Assembly (NCBI GenBank): GCA_021432655.1
Contig: MU271453.1
Coordinates: 21,023 to 62,677 of the forward strand
Origin: Atractiella rhizophila
Lineage: Eukaryota
DNA length: 41,655 nucleotides
Reading direction: 5' to 3'
Part shown: one piece after another, positions 24,396 to 37,516 of the stretch
Layout of the letters: each line of letters starts with the position of its first letter
Position numbering within the stretch: position 1 is the first letter of the stretch
Notes under the pieces: model-generated
The model's database searches: none
Seen by the model: only the letters and a program-made list of their open reading frames with translations
What the model was told of the DNA's origin: nothing
Made by a program: the position numbers and the translations under genes

Positions 24396-25472
24396 TGTTG
24401 GCAGATACAAATCGGCCCGGTTCCAGAAAAGATGGCAGCCACAGCCATGGGTAAATGATCGCAACGTTCAACGGTGCGACATGGAACCAGAGAATGCTAA
24501 AGAATTTTCACAGATTTTACAGGAATAGGGAGCATAGGCTCAAACAACTCCCGATCCTTCTTGAGAGAAGAAGGCACAGACCTTGATTGGTAGTGTTGAT
24601 CCGCAGCACAGATAACAATAACGCTCACAGAATAACTAGCTTATACATTGCCAATACTGAAGCTCCTTTTAGTACATGTTGACTTCGATTTTCGTTTGGC
24701 AAAGCAGGAGAAGAAACGAAATGCTGGAACACGGAACCTTCAACACTTGCCACTCACGCTTCCTTTACCTTCTCTGTCAGTTTCTTGTCCTTATATCCTG
24801 GTCCATGAGGAGGTGTAGGAGCGATACGAATCTGCGTTTTGACGTTCAACTCATAAAATGATTAGGAAAAACTATCAAAGACGCACGGTTTGGTCAGAAT
24901 AGAAATGTTTCGCAATTGCCACCACTCCGCCAACGAATGCAATCGAGATCACACCAAACAATGGCCAAGTTTCAGGGGGACTGCAATCCCTTTCTCAACC
25001 CATCACAATCTCTCTGTAAAATTCACAGCTCACACTTTGAGCCTCCTTGCGGCCCCGCTCATTCCAACTGGAGGATTCCATCCCAAACGCTGAGGAGCGG
25101 AAGTTGTGAACATTCGGGACGAGTGCGCCATTTGGCGGGTGGCAGGCGACCGCGAGAAATATCTGATGGTCATTTCTTTAGTTTATATCAATGGAATGTT
25201 TTTCCAATGTCAATGAAGTAAATAGCTGAGTGACAAAGAAGGGCGAAGGTCTTTATATATGCTGCATAATAAAGCGGGGTCGTCCTGATGTCATTTTAAA
25301 AGCATGACTCAATAGACAACTATCAACAAGCAGGTAGACTAAGGTTGTAAGTCTTACACTTTAAGGCTCGTTTATTTTCTTTTGGCAGGTAGGAGTATTT
25401 TCGGTCGATTCCCGAGCCAGTCAGTCGTCCTTCCTGTTATCTGAGCTTCGCAACTGAAATCGTCGTAGCATC

Positions 25473-26231
25473 ATGTCCGCTTCTTCGAAAATCATCCGCG
25501 TTGCGAACGCACCACGCACCACCCCCTCCCCACTCGAACTCGAAGTCGCCCAGGCTCTGCTCGATCTCGAATCCAATGTCAACGACCTCAAGAGTGAATT
25601 GAGGGTGCTTCAGATCTCAGCGGCTCGCGAGGTCGACCTTAAAGGTGGAAGGAAAGCTATCGTTATCTTTGTCCCAGTGCCGATGATCAGAGCTTTCAGG
25701 AAGATTCAGGGAAGGTAGGCATCTCCTCTGCTGAAGTGGGACAGGAAAGTGTTGAATAGAATAATTGAAAGGCTTACGAGGGAGTTGGAGAAGAAGTTCT
25801 CTGAGCGTCACGTCGTCTTCATTGGCCAAAGGAGGATGATGAGGAAGCCATCGAGGGGATCACGAGTTAAGCAGATGCGTCCTAGGTCTAGGACCCTGAA
25901 GGAAGTCCACGAGAAGATTTTGGAGGATCTGGTTTACCCTACCGTGCGTTCCTTTCGATTCACCGCGGGCAAAGGTGTGAAGATATAACATGACAGGAAA
26001 TCACTGGCAAGAGGACTCGCCAAAACGTCGATGGGTCTAGAGTCATCAAGGTCTTCCTAGATTCCAAAGATGCCACTTCCCTCGAGTACAAACTCGACTC
26101 TTTCTCGTCAGTGTACCGGAGGCTCACAGGAAAAGAGGTGCGTCTTGCGTTCTGTATCCGGCTCGAGAACTCTCACTGACGCCAACTGCTGCTGATAGGT
26201 TCACTTCGAATTCCCTGCCGTCGCCGAGTAA
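25473..26231 (+). CDS. RPS7: 40S ribosomal protein S7 (eS7)
   Basis: [67 protein letters not shown] and [23 protein letters not shown]; 3 introns. Confidence 0.97.
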
Positions 26232-26355
26232 TTGACCTCACTTCTTTCCTCCATGGGTTTCACGACTGCTCCTTCGGCTGTTCAAAATCTATGCTACTAT
26301 GCAATATGAAGTATTTTCAGACCGAATTTTGTGTGCCAGTTGCCTCGTCCAGCCG

Positions 26356-28865
26356 TCATTGCGCTAGCAACATCAAGACTAACTCGTCCTCATTCAAAGC
26401 CTGCCGCCATTTTTTGAGCAAAAGTGACGAGTTGACAGATAGAGGAGTTACAGTGACCCCTGTCCATTCAAGCCATGGTTTTTGCACTCCTTTCATCCTC
26501 CGACGAGCGATCTCCATCTAAAATGGTTAGCGCTTTACCTCGGTAGCTGACCATGGCCTTGGAGGAGCTTACATCGTCGAGAAATCCTTTGACGCATTCT
26601 AGCTCCATCGGCAATGCTGTTGCTTGCTGGCACAGCTCGAGAGTGAGTTGCGTCTGCAGCAGGTATTTTACTGTGTGGAATCATTCGTTAAAGAAGAATG
26701 GCTGGAGCCAGATGGCGCACTATCAGAAGAAGAGATCCTCCTAAGCAGTGTTCTACAAGAGGAACAGAGGATTGAGACCTTCTGTGTCCATTCTGTTACC
26801 TGGTTACTTTTCCTGCAATGCTTGGAACCTGAACTGGCGCACTAGGAATAACTTCTGATCTGCGAAGTAATAGCTCTAACAGCTTTTCGCGAAGCCAATT
26901 CCAATATCGTAAACTGAGCGCAGGATCTTTCCATTTCGTAACATCTAAAATAGCAAAGATGGCAGCTGGGTCTGTGTATATATTGTCAGCGATTCCTCCT
27001 GGTACATTCGATTGTCAAAGGAGAGTTGTACGAAAGCTCACAGATGTTTTCTTCCTTCTGACACTGCGGCAACCTAGCTGCTAATCTGTCCATCTCTTCT
27101 CTCGCTTTCAGTTTACCCCTTAGTCGAAGAATGACGATGAGCCAGAGGGCTGCGACGTCTTGCGATTCACTGAAATGTTTGAACAAAGCGTCTTTGGCAG
27201 GGATGGGGAGCGGAGGAGCGGGGACAGAAGTCGAGAGGGCAATGGATACAAAGTGGACGTAATGCGTTGACATGGTTGTTGATAAGAGCGAAAAGCAGGC
27301 AGAAAAGTCGAAGGAGGTATTTAAAAGGGTCGAGGAAAGGATGTCCTTTGGGACCCTGATAAGGAGACGGTTAAAGATGTTTGCGACTAACTCTCGAATT
27401 AGTCGAGTTTCAGTCAGATATAGGGGCAATAAACTTTGTGGACAGTTGTGAAAGAGTTCATCCTCACCAAATAGGATGGGAAACACTCCTTCAAGTTCTA
27501 ACATCAAATCCCGATCATGACGTCCAGAACGAAGCAGAACGAGGAGTAGGACTTCTAGAGTTCTATCCCTCAGGTCTCTGTCTGAATCTGTTGGCCATCT
27601 GCGTAAAAAGGCAATCGAAGACTACTGGTCACTTGAGCCATTGACAATGGAGAGAAGGCGACGTACGAACCATCAGCAACTCCTTTCGACTCTCTTCACA
27701 CATGATCTCTACCACCCTCGCGTTTTTACGATCCCTTTCCTCTTTCTCCAGCACTCCAGTGTCGATCGAACCCTCCATTCGGAATAACATACGTTCCCAT
27801 TCCAGATCGAATTCTGCCACGATCCAGATAATAACCATTTGCACAAGTGTCCTTGGTCTGTTCTTCTTTCGAAGTCGGGAATAGAGGGAAGAAGAGGTGG
27901 AACGAGCGCAGAAGCACAAGTTGCGCTGTTGTCACCTCCGAGTCCCTAGAAGAAGAAAGGAGTATGGACGAGAGATGATGTATCAGTGTGGGGGGCGGTA
28001 TTATAGATGATGATGGATGCAGGTAGGCGATGAGAGCGAGCAGAAGGGAAAGTACGAGTGGGGAGAGCTGTTGGCATGCTGAGGAGTGTATGTAAAAAGC
28101 AAAGGCATTGAGACGCGGTTTCCTAAAGCCATCGTATAAGCTATAATAAATAATCCCTTATAACTTGAAACATGCAAGAGGACTGACCTCGAGATGTCAA
28201 TGTTTTCGTCCAAAATATGGATAATGTAGAAGATGATGATTATGTTATCCGCGACAACTGCATCCGTCCCATAACTCAAGAGATCGATCCATTCATCCAC
28301 AGCATCTACTTTCCCTTTCAGTCTCACACGTAGGAACGGAACGGAGGGAACATACCAGGAAGACACACAAAACCTTGTCCCAGCTCTTCATCCTCCGCTA
28401 CCTTCGGTGTTCTAGTGTTGGAAGGTAGGATCGAAGCAACTATCAAATGAAGGGCAGTGTCGACAACGGTGATAGTTGCTTTCTCGCTTGAGCTCTGAGG
28501 ATGGAGCGCTGCGAAAGCTCGTATGGACTTTCGAAGATTAAGAAGGGAGGAAATGAATCGGTAACTATCTACAGTGGAACACAGCGAGCGTCAGTTGGCG
28601 GGAACGGAAGCGAGGGAAATTCGAAAGGGAGCTAACAGATCTCCTTCAACACCATGTCCAGAGCAATTACTTCCTCCTTGCTGTATGGCACATTGGGTCT
28701 ACCATCTTCGGCCTCTGCAGGAGCATTCAAATGGATCAGGATCCGTAAGAACTCCTCGAAACATTGAGACGCGTCAATGAGGTCTTTAGGTTGTTCAAGC
28801 TGCGCTCTCCTCAGTTTCTCGTCATTCATAACCAAAAAACGCGTACGGAAGAGAGGTCTAGCCAT
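26356..28865 (-). CDS. Hypothetical helical/Leu-rich protein (~650-700 aa, multi-exon) with an apparent internal frame break
   Basis: A chain of open exons joined by canonical ~50-nt introns: ...LEQPKDLIDASQCFEEFLRIL..|RFISSLLNLRKS..|DAVDEWIDLL..|KPRLNAFAFY..|..LIRELVANIFNRLL..|MEIARRRMKG..VLMLLAQ*. Ends are approximate; no family recognised. Confidence 0.55.
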
Positions 28866-29851
28866 TTGGGGTCTTGAAGCACGCGAAGAGCAACTCTTAT
28901 CGATGAGCAAGTAGACATCCTGAGGTTGTCCACGAACGTTGTTGCTATCGTTGTTGGAGGGCAATGGAGACGCGTGTAATTGGGAATGAGGTTGCCAAAT
29001 CCGCGAAGGCAGCACTCAAATTGAAGTGTAGGCTTCAGAACTTTCTGGATGTTACAACATATGTTAATGTTAAGGGCAAAGCTGATTTTCTCACTGCTGT
29101 GATTCTCGTTGCGACCACGCGACATTTCTAGTCACGTGCCGTTATCCCTTCAGCTGTCAGTTCTGTCAAGAAGCTTCACGTAGGGAGCTTTGGTGACCTC
29201 GAGCCGAGCTGGAGCAGCCTCGTGCCAACTTGAGCTACTGTACTGGTAGCAAATCAATCGATCGATCAACTTTGCAGGCTGGGTATCCCGCTCCATCGAT
29301 ACTCCATCGCTCCACTGAGACATTGTTCCAGTAGCCGAGCTGAGTGGATCTTGAACGCGAACCTTGGAGTTATGAGAGGAGTTAGGTACGGCATGTGTTT
29401 CCTCCTGCCTGTGAGCCATCTTGTCCGCACCCACGACAGTTTCATGATGGCAATCGTGATCGCAAAACGTGTGGTGCCGAGACGGGTTTGAAGAATTTGA
29501 TGAATCGATGAAAGATTCCTCAGTTTGAAGTGGTCCTGCACGCTTTCCCCCGCACAGGAGGATGTGTGGAGGCATGAGAGCTTCGCCAGACTCCGCATTT
29601 TTATTGCCTGAAACGCTCTTTCGTAATTCATGCACGCGTTCCGAAAAATTAGCGCCTCGTCAGATTCTGGGCTGTCCCGGCTGTCCCATGGGGTCGATCA
29701 TAAAAGCGACTAGTGCCTTTTTCCCTTTCCTTTTCTCTAAGAGGGCATCTCTCAACACTCTCATTTTATTGGTCAAGCTCCTAACGCAGCTTAGACACAT
29801 CACTTTCCTTAGAACACACACATTCGTTGATTATCGTATCATCGCGAAAAC

Positions 29852-32800
29852 ATGGTCTCCCAATCCCTAATCCTCTCACTCGTCGCTACTTCCTTTGCAG
29901 CGGACGGCTTCCAACGCCACCAAAGAACCGACGGAGTGGGCATCAAAAACATCCAGCTTGGAGAACCTGATCAAGCACCACCGGGATACGAGGAATGGAC
30001 CTCACCTCTGGTCCTGCCTTCTCCCCCACAAACCGGAAATGGTGGATGGGAAGAAGCTCACGCCAAAGCTCTCAAGTTCGTCAACAAGCTCACCCTTGAG
30101 GAGAAGGTCAACCTGACCACCGTTCGCCTCCTACTTCAAAGTGTGGACTTAGACTGACCGAATGTCAAGGGTGTTGGAACCGATGGACGGTGTGTCGGTG
30201 TGACCGGTTAGTTCTTCTCTCTGTGATACCTTGCAGAGCTCTTAGTGACGCTTGGTTCTCATAGGTGAGATTACGCGACTTGGCTTCAAAGGATTCTGCC
30301 TGGAAGATGGCCCACTGGGTATGTGAACAACTCTCAGAACAAGAATACATGATTGACAGGGACAAATCACTCTAGGTGTCAGGCTCGCGGACTACGTTTC
30401 CGCTTTCCCTGCAGCCATCAACGCTGCTGCTGTACGTTCCCCCTTGTCCCCTTTGTGGCATTTGCTGAACATTATGCATGTAGACGTGGAGCAAAGATCT
30501 CATCTACAAGCGTGCCGTGGCTATGGGCCAAGAGTTCAGAGGCAAGGGTATCAATGTTCACTTGGGTCCCATGATGAACTTGGGACGTGTCGCCGCTGGA
30601 GGAAGGTGCGCTTCCTGCTCCTGTCTCAAAGCAACGAGCTCGTCATTGACATTAGTTGTACAGGAACTGGGAAGGCTGGGGAGCCGATCCGTCTTTCGCT
30701 GGTATTGCGGCTGCCCTTCACATTAAGGGAGTCCAGGAACAAGGCGTCATTGCGTTCGTCTCACTACCTTAACATAACTACTCAGCCTAATGAGAACCTG
30801 ACCAGCAACGCGAAGCATTTCGTCGGTAATGAGCAGGAACACTACCGTGGTGGATCTGGAGGTCAAACCTCTTCCTCCAGTGCGATGCTATTCTCCTGCA
30901 TACTTAAGGCCAAGTCCTGATCATTGGTATCGGCAGACATCGACGACCGCACCATGCATGAAGTCTACGCTTGGCCTTTCGCTGAATCGGTACACGCCGG
31001 AGTCGGTTCCATCATGTGCTCTTACAACAGGATCAACCAGACTCACGCCTGCGAGAACTCCAAGATCATTAATGGTCTCGCAAAGGACGAGCTCGACTTC
31101 CAGGGTTTCATGCTCTCAGATTGGGCAGCTATGGTCTCTGGTGTCAACAGTGCCCTTGCTGGGTGAGCACTACAACGTTTGCGCGAACGCTGAATACTTA
31201 CCATTAATATACAGTACCGATATGAACATGCCTGGATTCACCGCTTACGATGGAAGACCAAGCGAACCCAACCCGACCAACACTACCCATAGCTACTGGG
31301 GAAGTGCCTTGATCGAAGCAGTCCGCAACGGCTCTGTTCCCGAGGTACGCTCAGATGATGTTCCCTCTTCACTGCGGTATTCTAATGATTACTGCTTGCA
31401 GGCTCGTGTTACTGACATGGTTGTGCGCACGATGTCTGCCTACTACAAGCTTGGACAAGACAAAAACTACCCTCACCTCAACTTCAATTGTATGCCTTTC
31501 GTTCACCTCATCTGCGTGTCCAAGATCTAACAGTTATTTCTTAACAGACAACTTCCAAGACACCTACGACAAAAATGGTGCCTTAGTGTGAGTTTCTCTT
31601 TTTTGCCCTATCAAATCATAACAGCTCAACTGTGTCCAAATAGGAACGAGCATATCAATGTCCAGGACGATCATTACAAGATTATCAGGGATATCGGTGC
31701 AGCTTCAACCGTCCTCCTCAAAAACGTCAAGAAAGCGCTCCCACTGAACGAGAAGAAGTTCAAGCGCATTGCCGTCATCGGTTCTGATGCCGGACCAGCC
31801 AAGGGAGGACCCAATGGGTTCTCTGATCGTGGAGGTGACGAAGGCACCCTCGCCATGGGATGGGGATCTGGAACTGTGAGCGCTCTTCTCGAATAGCTAA
31901 TCTACCTTTGCAACTGTGATGTTGACTTTGCGTCCGTCCTGCGTTAGGCTAACTTCCCTTACCTCATCGATCCCCTCGCTGCCATCCAGAGCTACATGAA
32001 CGCCCACAGTCCCTCCACTCCCATTGAGTATATCTTGTTCCTTTTCCTTCCTCTGAGCATAACTCACAATTTTTCTTAGTTTCGTCCTCGACGACTTCAA
32101 CTACGGTCAAATTCGCGCTGTCGCTCGTCAGGCTGAAGTCTGCCTTGTCTTCGCTAACTCTGACTCTGGTGAGGGATACGTGAGTGTTCAATCCTGCTAA
32201 CAAACATCAGAGGCTTAATTCAAGATTAGATCACTGTCGACGGAAACGCCGGTGATAGGAACAACCTCACGCTCTGGCACGCTGGTAACGAGTTGATCAA
32301 GACCACCGTATGCTCTCGTCCTCCCCTCCACAAAATTCACTCACCAGTAGCGAAGGCCTCTGAATGCGACAACACTGTAGTCATCATGCACAATGTAGGA
32401 CCAGTCGATGTTGAGGCTTGGATCAACCACAAGGTGTGTCTCATTCAGCAACAATACAGCAAATCGCTGAGGGCTCGACGTATAGAACGTCACCGCCGTC
32501 CTCGCCGCCGGACTTCCTGGACAAGAGTCTGGGAATGCTATCGTCGACATTCTCTTCGGCAAGGTCAACCCCTCCGGTCGCACTCCTTACACTTGGGCAA
32601 AGAAGCGCTCCGACTACAACGCTGACGTCCTCTACGATGCTGAACCGAACACCATTCCTCAGATCACTTATAAGGAGAAGCTCAACATCGACTACAGATA
32701 CTTTGACGCGAAGAACATTGCCCCTCGCTTCGAATTCGGTTTCGGTCTCAGCTACACCACCTTCTCTTACTCCAACCTCAAGGTAAAGAAGGTAGGACCT

Positions 32801-33652
32801 ACCTCTGCTCCTGCCCAAATCGTCAAGGCTTCTGGTGGCCCAACTTACCTCTACGATGATGCCTACACTGCTTCCTTCAAGATCAAGAACACTGGATCAA
32901 GTGATGGAAACGAGGTCTACCAACTTTACCTCGAATACCCCAAGTCTGCCCGTGAGTTTTCTCATCCCCAGATAAGCCTTTGTACTGAAGGATCAATGCA
33001 GAGGAGCCTCCTAAGGTTTTGAGGGACTTTGATCGAGTCTTCATCAAGAAAGGACAGACAGAGCAAGTGTCCCTGAAGCTGAGGGCCAAAGATATCGTAC
33101 GTTCATCATCCCGTATACAGAAGCATGCTTCTAACGCTATACAAATAGTCCATCTGGGACGTCGTTGCCCAAAAGTGGACCATTCCCAAGGGGAAATACA
33201 CCGTTCAACAAATCGTCAAGGCTTCTGGTGGCCCAACTTACCTCTACGATGATGCCTACACTGCTTCCTTCAAGATCAAGAACACTGGATCAAGTGATGG
33301 AAACGAGGTCTACCAACTTTACCTCGAATACCCCAAGTCTGCCCGTGAGTTTTCTCATCCCCAGATAAGCCTTTGTACTGAAGGATCAATGCAGAGGAGC
33401 CTCCTAAGGTTTTGAGGGACTTTGATCGAGTCTTCATCAAGAAAGGACAGACAGAGCAAGTGTCCCTGAAGCTGAGGGCCAAAGATATCGTACGTTCATC
33501 ATCCCGTATACAGAAGCATGCTTCTAACGCTATACAAATAGTCCATCTGGGACGTCGTTGCCCAAAAGTGGACCATTCCCAAGGGGAAATACACCGTTCA
33601 CATCGGTTCGAGCTCGAGGGATATCAGGCTTCAATCCGAGTTCACTATCTGA
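29852..33652 (+). CDS. Secreted glycoside hydrolase family 3 beta-glucosidase (~20 introns), with duplicated C-terminal Fn3-like domain
   Basis: Signal peptide [76 protein letters not shown] (nucleophile), [37 protein letters not shown] and [11 protein letters not shown]. Confidence 0.95.
32816..33600. repeat. Perfect tandem duplication, 2 x 392 bp (32816-33207 and 33209-33600; period 393)
   Basis: The two copies read identically by eye, including both introns. They are separated by a single A at 33208. The ORF track shows identical 68-aa ORFs offset by 393. Confidence 0.97.
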
Positions 33653-33847
33653 GTGACATCGACATCATGTTGCTACTTGTCTCCAAAAGTTTCGATATTT
33701 CTCTCTTTAACTGTAATCCAATCTGTGCTTTCATTTCTCTGTACTGCAAGGGTCATCCAATAAGGCGTCAAAGTGAAGTACTTGTGGAGCTGAAGCTGAC
33801 TGAACGACGACGGGGTATGCATTACAGGGAATGGGAATAAGTTAGAA

Positions 33848-35567
33848 CTAAGAAGAAGCTGACTCTTGTTCCATCATCCTCTTCTGTGCTTCGTATACCT
33901 CTAAATCATCCATCCACTTCTTCTTCACCCTAAAACTCGTCCAAACCTTCCCACTCCCAAAACCCCACCGCTTCAACGTCCCAGCAACATCGCCCAAGGT
34001 CTCCACATTCTCTCCCATTCCAAGAATCGTCGGTTCTCCTCTGGTGAAGACGTGTTTAGCGACACGATAGATATCTTGTACCGTAACTTCATCTATCCGC
34101 TCCTGCATTTCCTGAGCGCTGACTTTTCGTCCATGCGTCTGAGTTTGTCTCCCCAGATCCTCACATTGCACCAGCCTGCTCTCGAGTGCCATGACCATCG
34201 AACTCTTGAGCTGATTCTTCGCTCTCGAAAGTTCCGTCTCCGTTATTCCTCCCCTGCCCTCTCCCGTCACATTGTAGAGCTCCCGCGCAACTATTTCTCC
34301 TGCTGACCCCATCGCGGTAGGATGGACAGAGATGGCCACCCCGAAAAGTCCGGAATCGCGATAGCAGTGATGGAAGGAGGCACAGTGATCTACCAGGTAG
34401 TACTGGTTCAAAACATTGGTGTATAGCCGCGAGTACATCCCTTTGCCAGGACCTCCAGCCGAGAAGGAGCCACCTCCTCCTAATAAGACTTGCAGGGTAG
34501 CGAGGGTATAAATGTCAGGAGAAAATACGGGGAGCCCTTCAAAACCAACAAAAAGGTGAGTGAATTCGGAATCGGGTTTTGGGAGGTAGACTTGGCCGCC
34601 GGTGTAGCGGGCAGGAAGGGAGGAGAGCTCGGCAACTGAAGGATGGGAAGAGAAGTTGTAGGGACTTGGGGACGACTGGGGGAAGAGAGATGAGACTGAA
34701 GCGAGCGAAGGTGAAAATGTTGAGAGGTTTTTAAACAAACCGGGTCGCGTGTTGTTGGACGATGGATGGAGGAGGTGAGGTGGTACGCTTTGTCGAGCAT
34801 TGAGTGTCGCATTCGATGGAGCTTTACGTGCCTCTAGGTGTCCGAAATAGCGTTCTGATAGTTTGAGCAGCTCTTCATGATCCACTCCGACAGCTGCGAC
34901 CAGGATTTTGTCGGGTTGATACCATTCCCGCCAGTACTCCTGAATCTCGTGCGCTTGGATGGTTCCTAAACGCTCTGTGTCGCACATTAGCGGATTCCCT
35001 AGCGTGTTCCCTTCCCAAGCTACCTCATGGAGAAGCTCAGGAAGAATCATCTCTGGTTTCTGCTTGATCTCCAGCACCTCGAAAGCAGTTGTTAACCGCT
35101 GGTCTTCGAGTTCTTCTGAAGTAAGTGCTGGGGAGAGGACGGTGTCGGAGAGGACGGAAAGAATTTGAGGGAGGGTGTTGGAGTACGAGACGGCTTGATA
35201 GTGGATAGCTTCACGAGAAGAAGAAGAGATGAATTGGCCTCCCAATTTTGAGATTTCGTCCATCATTTCCTCGCTTGTGCGATTTGAGGTGCTCTACAAC
35301 GCACTTTCACCCAGTGTTCTTCCTCCGCAGATCCAAAGAGATACTCACCTTGAATGCTAATCTATCTAGCAGATGAGAGCAACCGCTCGTGCGCCCATAC
35401 TCATACCGTGACCCAGCGTCTATGTAAATGCCAGCGCTGACAAAGTGCCCTGGGCTATTCTCACTCGTCACTCGTACCCCGTTTGGGAGGGTAGTAAGAA
35501 CTGATTCGTGAGCATGGCGAGCAGTAGAGAGCCTGCGAGAAGCGTTGAAGAGCTGCCGTCGTAGCAT
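33848..35567 (-). CDS. MAS2: Mitochondrial processing peptidase alpha subunit
   Basis: Presequence; TTLPNGVRV, IDAGSRYE, SHLLDRLAFK|ST and the Gly-rich loop LLGGGGSFSAGGPGKGMYSRLYTNVLN; RAKNQLKSS and LESRLVQCEDLGRQ; one intron. Confidence 0.96.
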
Positions 35568-35638
35568 CGTCTTGAAGTGGTCGTTTCAAAAGTTTTGCTG
35601 GACTTTGCCACTGTGCCAGTGACTTGAGAACAACCACT

Positions 35639-36045
35639 ATGACACGATTCAACCGACTGCTCACCTATTTCTTCAGCGCTACAGCCCTATGGACCCTTTT
35701 CTACTTCGATTTTCTGCCTCTCCCGCTAGACGACGATGTAAAATACTACTTCTTACAAGTTGTCAGCTTTTCGCGACCTTACACGCATACGTTTGCTCAT
35801 ACATGAATTTTGGCACAGTTACCGTTTTGGTTGCTTATTAGTTTTGGCTGTTGGTGTCTTTGGCAGCTAGGGATGGGTGTTTATAGCTTCGGGGAGTGCG
35901 AACAGGATTACAGAGACCTACTGCTCGTTAGTCCCTCAATTCTCTTCTTTCGGGACCCGCCAGATGAACTGGGCTTGCGTGGGGCAAACAGGAAATCAAA
36001 ATGGCGAAAGATGACTTAAGAACTAAAGGAATCTCGGTAGATTAG
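35639..36045 (+). CDS. DPM3: Dolichol-phosphate mannosyltransferase subunit 3
   Basis: MTRFNRLL followed by two TM helices, LPFWLLISFGCWCLWQLGMGVYSFGECEQDYRDLLL|EIKMAKDDLRTKGISVD*; 2 introns. Confidence 0.92.
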
Positions 36046-36270
36046 CAGTAGAGGCGACTGTGCTACTTTCTGTGAAGTGTGCCAGCGAAGGCGGGAGGAT
36101 AGATGACAAGGCAACAGCACCTGTTTGCTGACTTGAGTTGGGGAGAGATACGGACATGTCAAGCCATCTGTTTGGATGTCAAGATAGTGCAGTACTTCGA
36201 TTTTCTCATTCAATACTCTTGAAAAGCATTTGTACATTTGCAAATTGGATATGACGGATACGTGAACGAG

Positions 36271-37516
36271 CTAACGGATGCCTGCTTGAGCCCTCTTCGT
36301 ACGGTACAAAGTTCCAAGTCAGTGGTTCATACCTTCAGGAGGAAGAAACACGTACAATCTGCAATATCGTCGTCCTCTGTTCCGGTGCCAACATGTTAAT
36401 CTGTTCCTCAGTCATCGCCAGTACCTGTGTAATGAGCTGGTGCGCGTCCGCAGAAGGAGGAGCGGCAGGAGCTGGAGCTGGTACAGGTAAGGGAGCAGGA
36501 GTGAACGCCGGTACTGGTTGTTGAAATACTGGAGGAGGGGCAAAAGCGGGAGCTGCTGGGACCGGTGCACCGGCATTGGAGACTAGAAGACGTTGGAGGA
36601 CATTCGAGTCCACGATATTCATCATGAGCAAGGCTTGGAACAGTGCATATGTCACTTGTGGGTTGGAATTGAGGAGGGCGCGGGCTTGATCCGGGGATGT
36701 CGTTACTAGGGACTGGGTGCAAGCATCAGCAGTCTATAAGTTCACTTAAATCTAAAGGGCAAACCTTCATTTGTGTCATAACATCCAGCAGTTGATGAGG
36801 TGGCATGGTAGCGAGCGTCTTACTTATAACGTCCGTCGCACTTGCACCAGGAGGAACGGGTACACCTTTGAAGCCAGAATGAGCGACGGGATATGAAGAG
36901 GGACAAAATTACCTTTCGGAATCTGTTGTTTCTCCTCAGCAGGGCCTCCACGTCCCCTGTCCCTATCACGCCTGTCACCTCTCTCTCTCCTGGGCTCATC
37001 CTCAGGATCCGCGAAATCCAGGCGCAACGAGCGACCGCCAACGTCCATCCCATTGAGGTTTCGTAGGGCGGAAGAAGCGGTCTCGACGTCTATTTGCCAC
37101 TTCAGCTAGTGTCCAACGTTGATAGAATAATATGCACCAAAAAATTCGCAGAATCCAAAGCCTCGCGGCTTTCCCGTGTCTCGTTCGAATACTAGTCTGA
37201 TGAAATTTCAGCCACCTGAACGTTCTTCCAAAGAACCTCGTGAGGGACTTACCGCACTGACTTGACGGGTCCAACGGTGCGAAACATCTGTTCTTCTTTG
37301 GTGTGAACGGTTCATGCACCTTCAGCAGAGGAAAACATACATCCTGCATTTGCTCCTCTGTGTAATCATACGGGAGATCTGTATTCAAAGGTCATACGAG
37401 AAACTGGAAGAGGTCGTGGGTACACACTGCCAACTGGAGAAGTTGTGAGCAGCCTCAAATTGATGAAAAAAGAACGCACCAAACAAGACATTGGAGTTAC
37501 GATTAGAAGTGCTCAT
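36271..37516 (-). CDS. RNA15: Cleavage stimulation factor 64 kDa subunit / Rna15 (RRM, hinge, C-terminal domain)
   Basis: NVLFVGNLPYDYTEEQM, VFERDTGKPRGFGFCEF, ALRNLNGMDVGGRSLRLDFA; hinge MPPHQLLDVMTQMK..PDQARALLNSNPQVTYALFQALLMM; C-terminal LITQVLAMTEEQINMLAPEQRTTILQIR. Confidence 0.93.

Noticed and set aside
24880..25230. GC-richer intergenic stretch considered as a structured ncRNA (RNase P/MRP) or small ORF
   Set aside because: No recognisable conserved boxes by eye; an Infernal search would be needed.
29150..29635. 161-aa and 121-aa minus-strand ORFs upstream of the GH3 gene
   Set aside because: No domain, no supporting splice structure and unprotein-like composition; probably the GH3 regulatory region.
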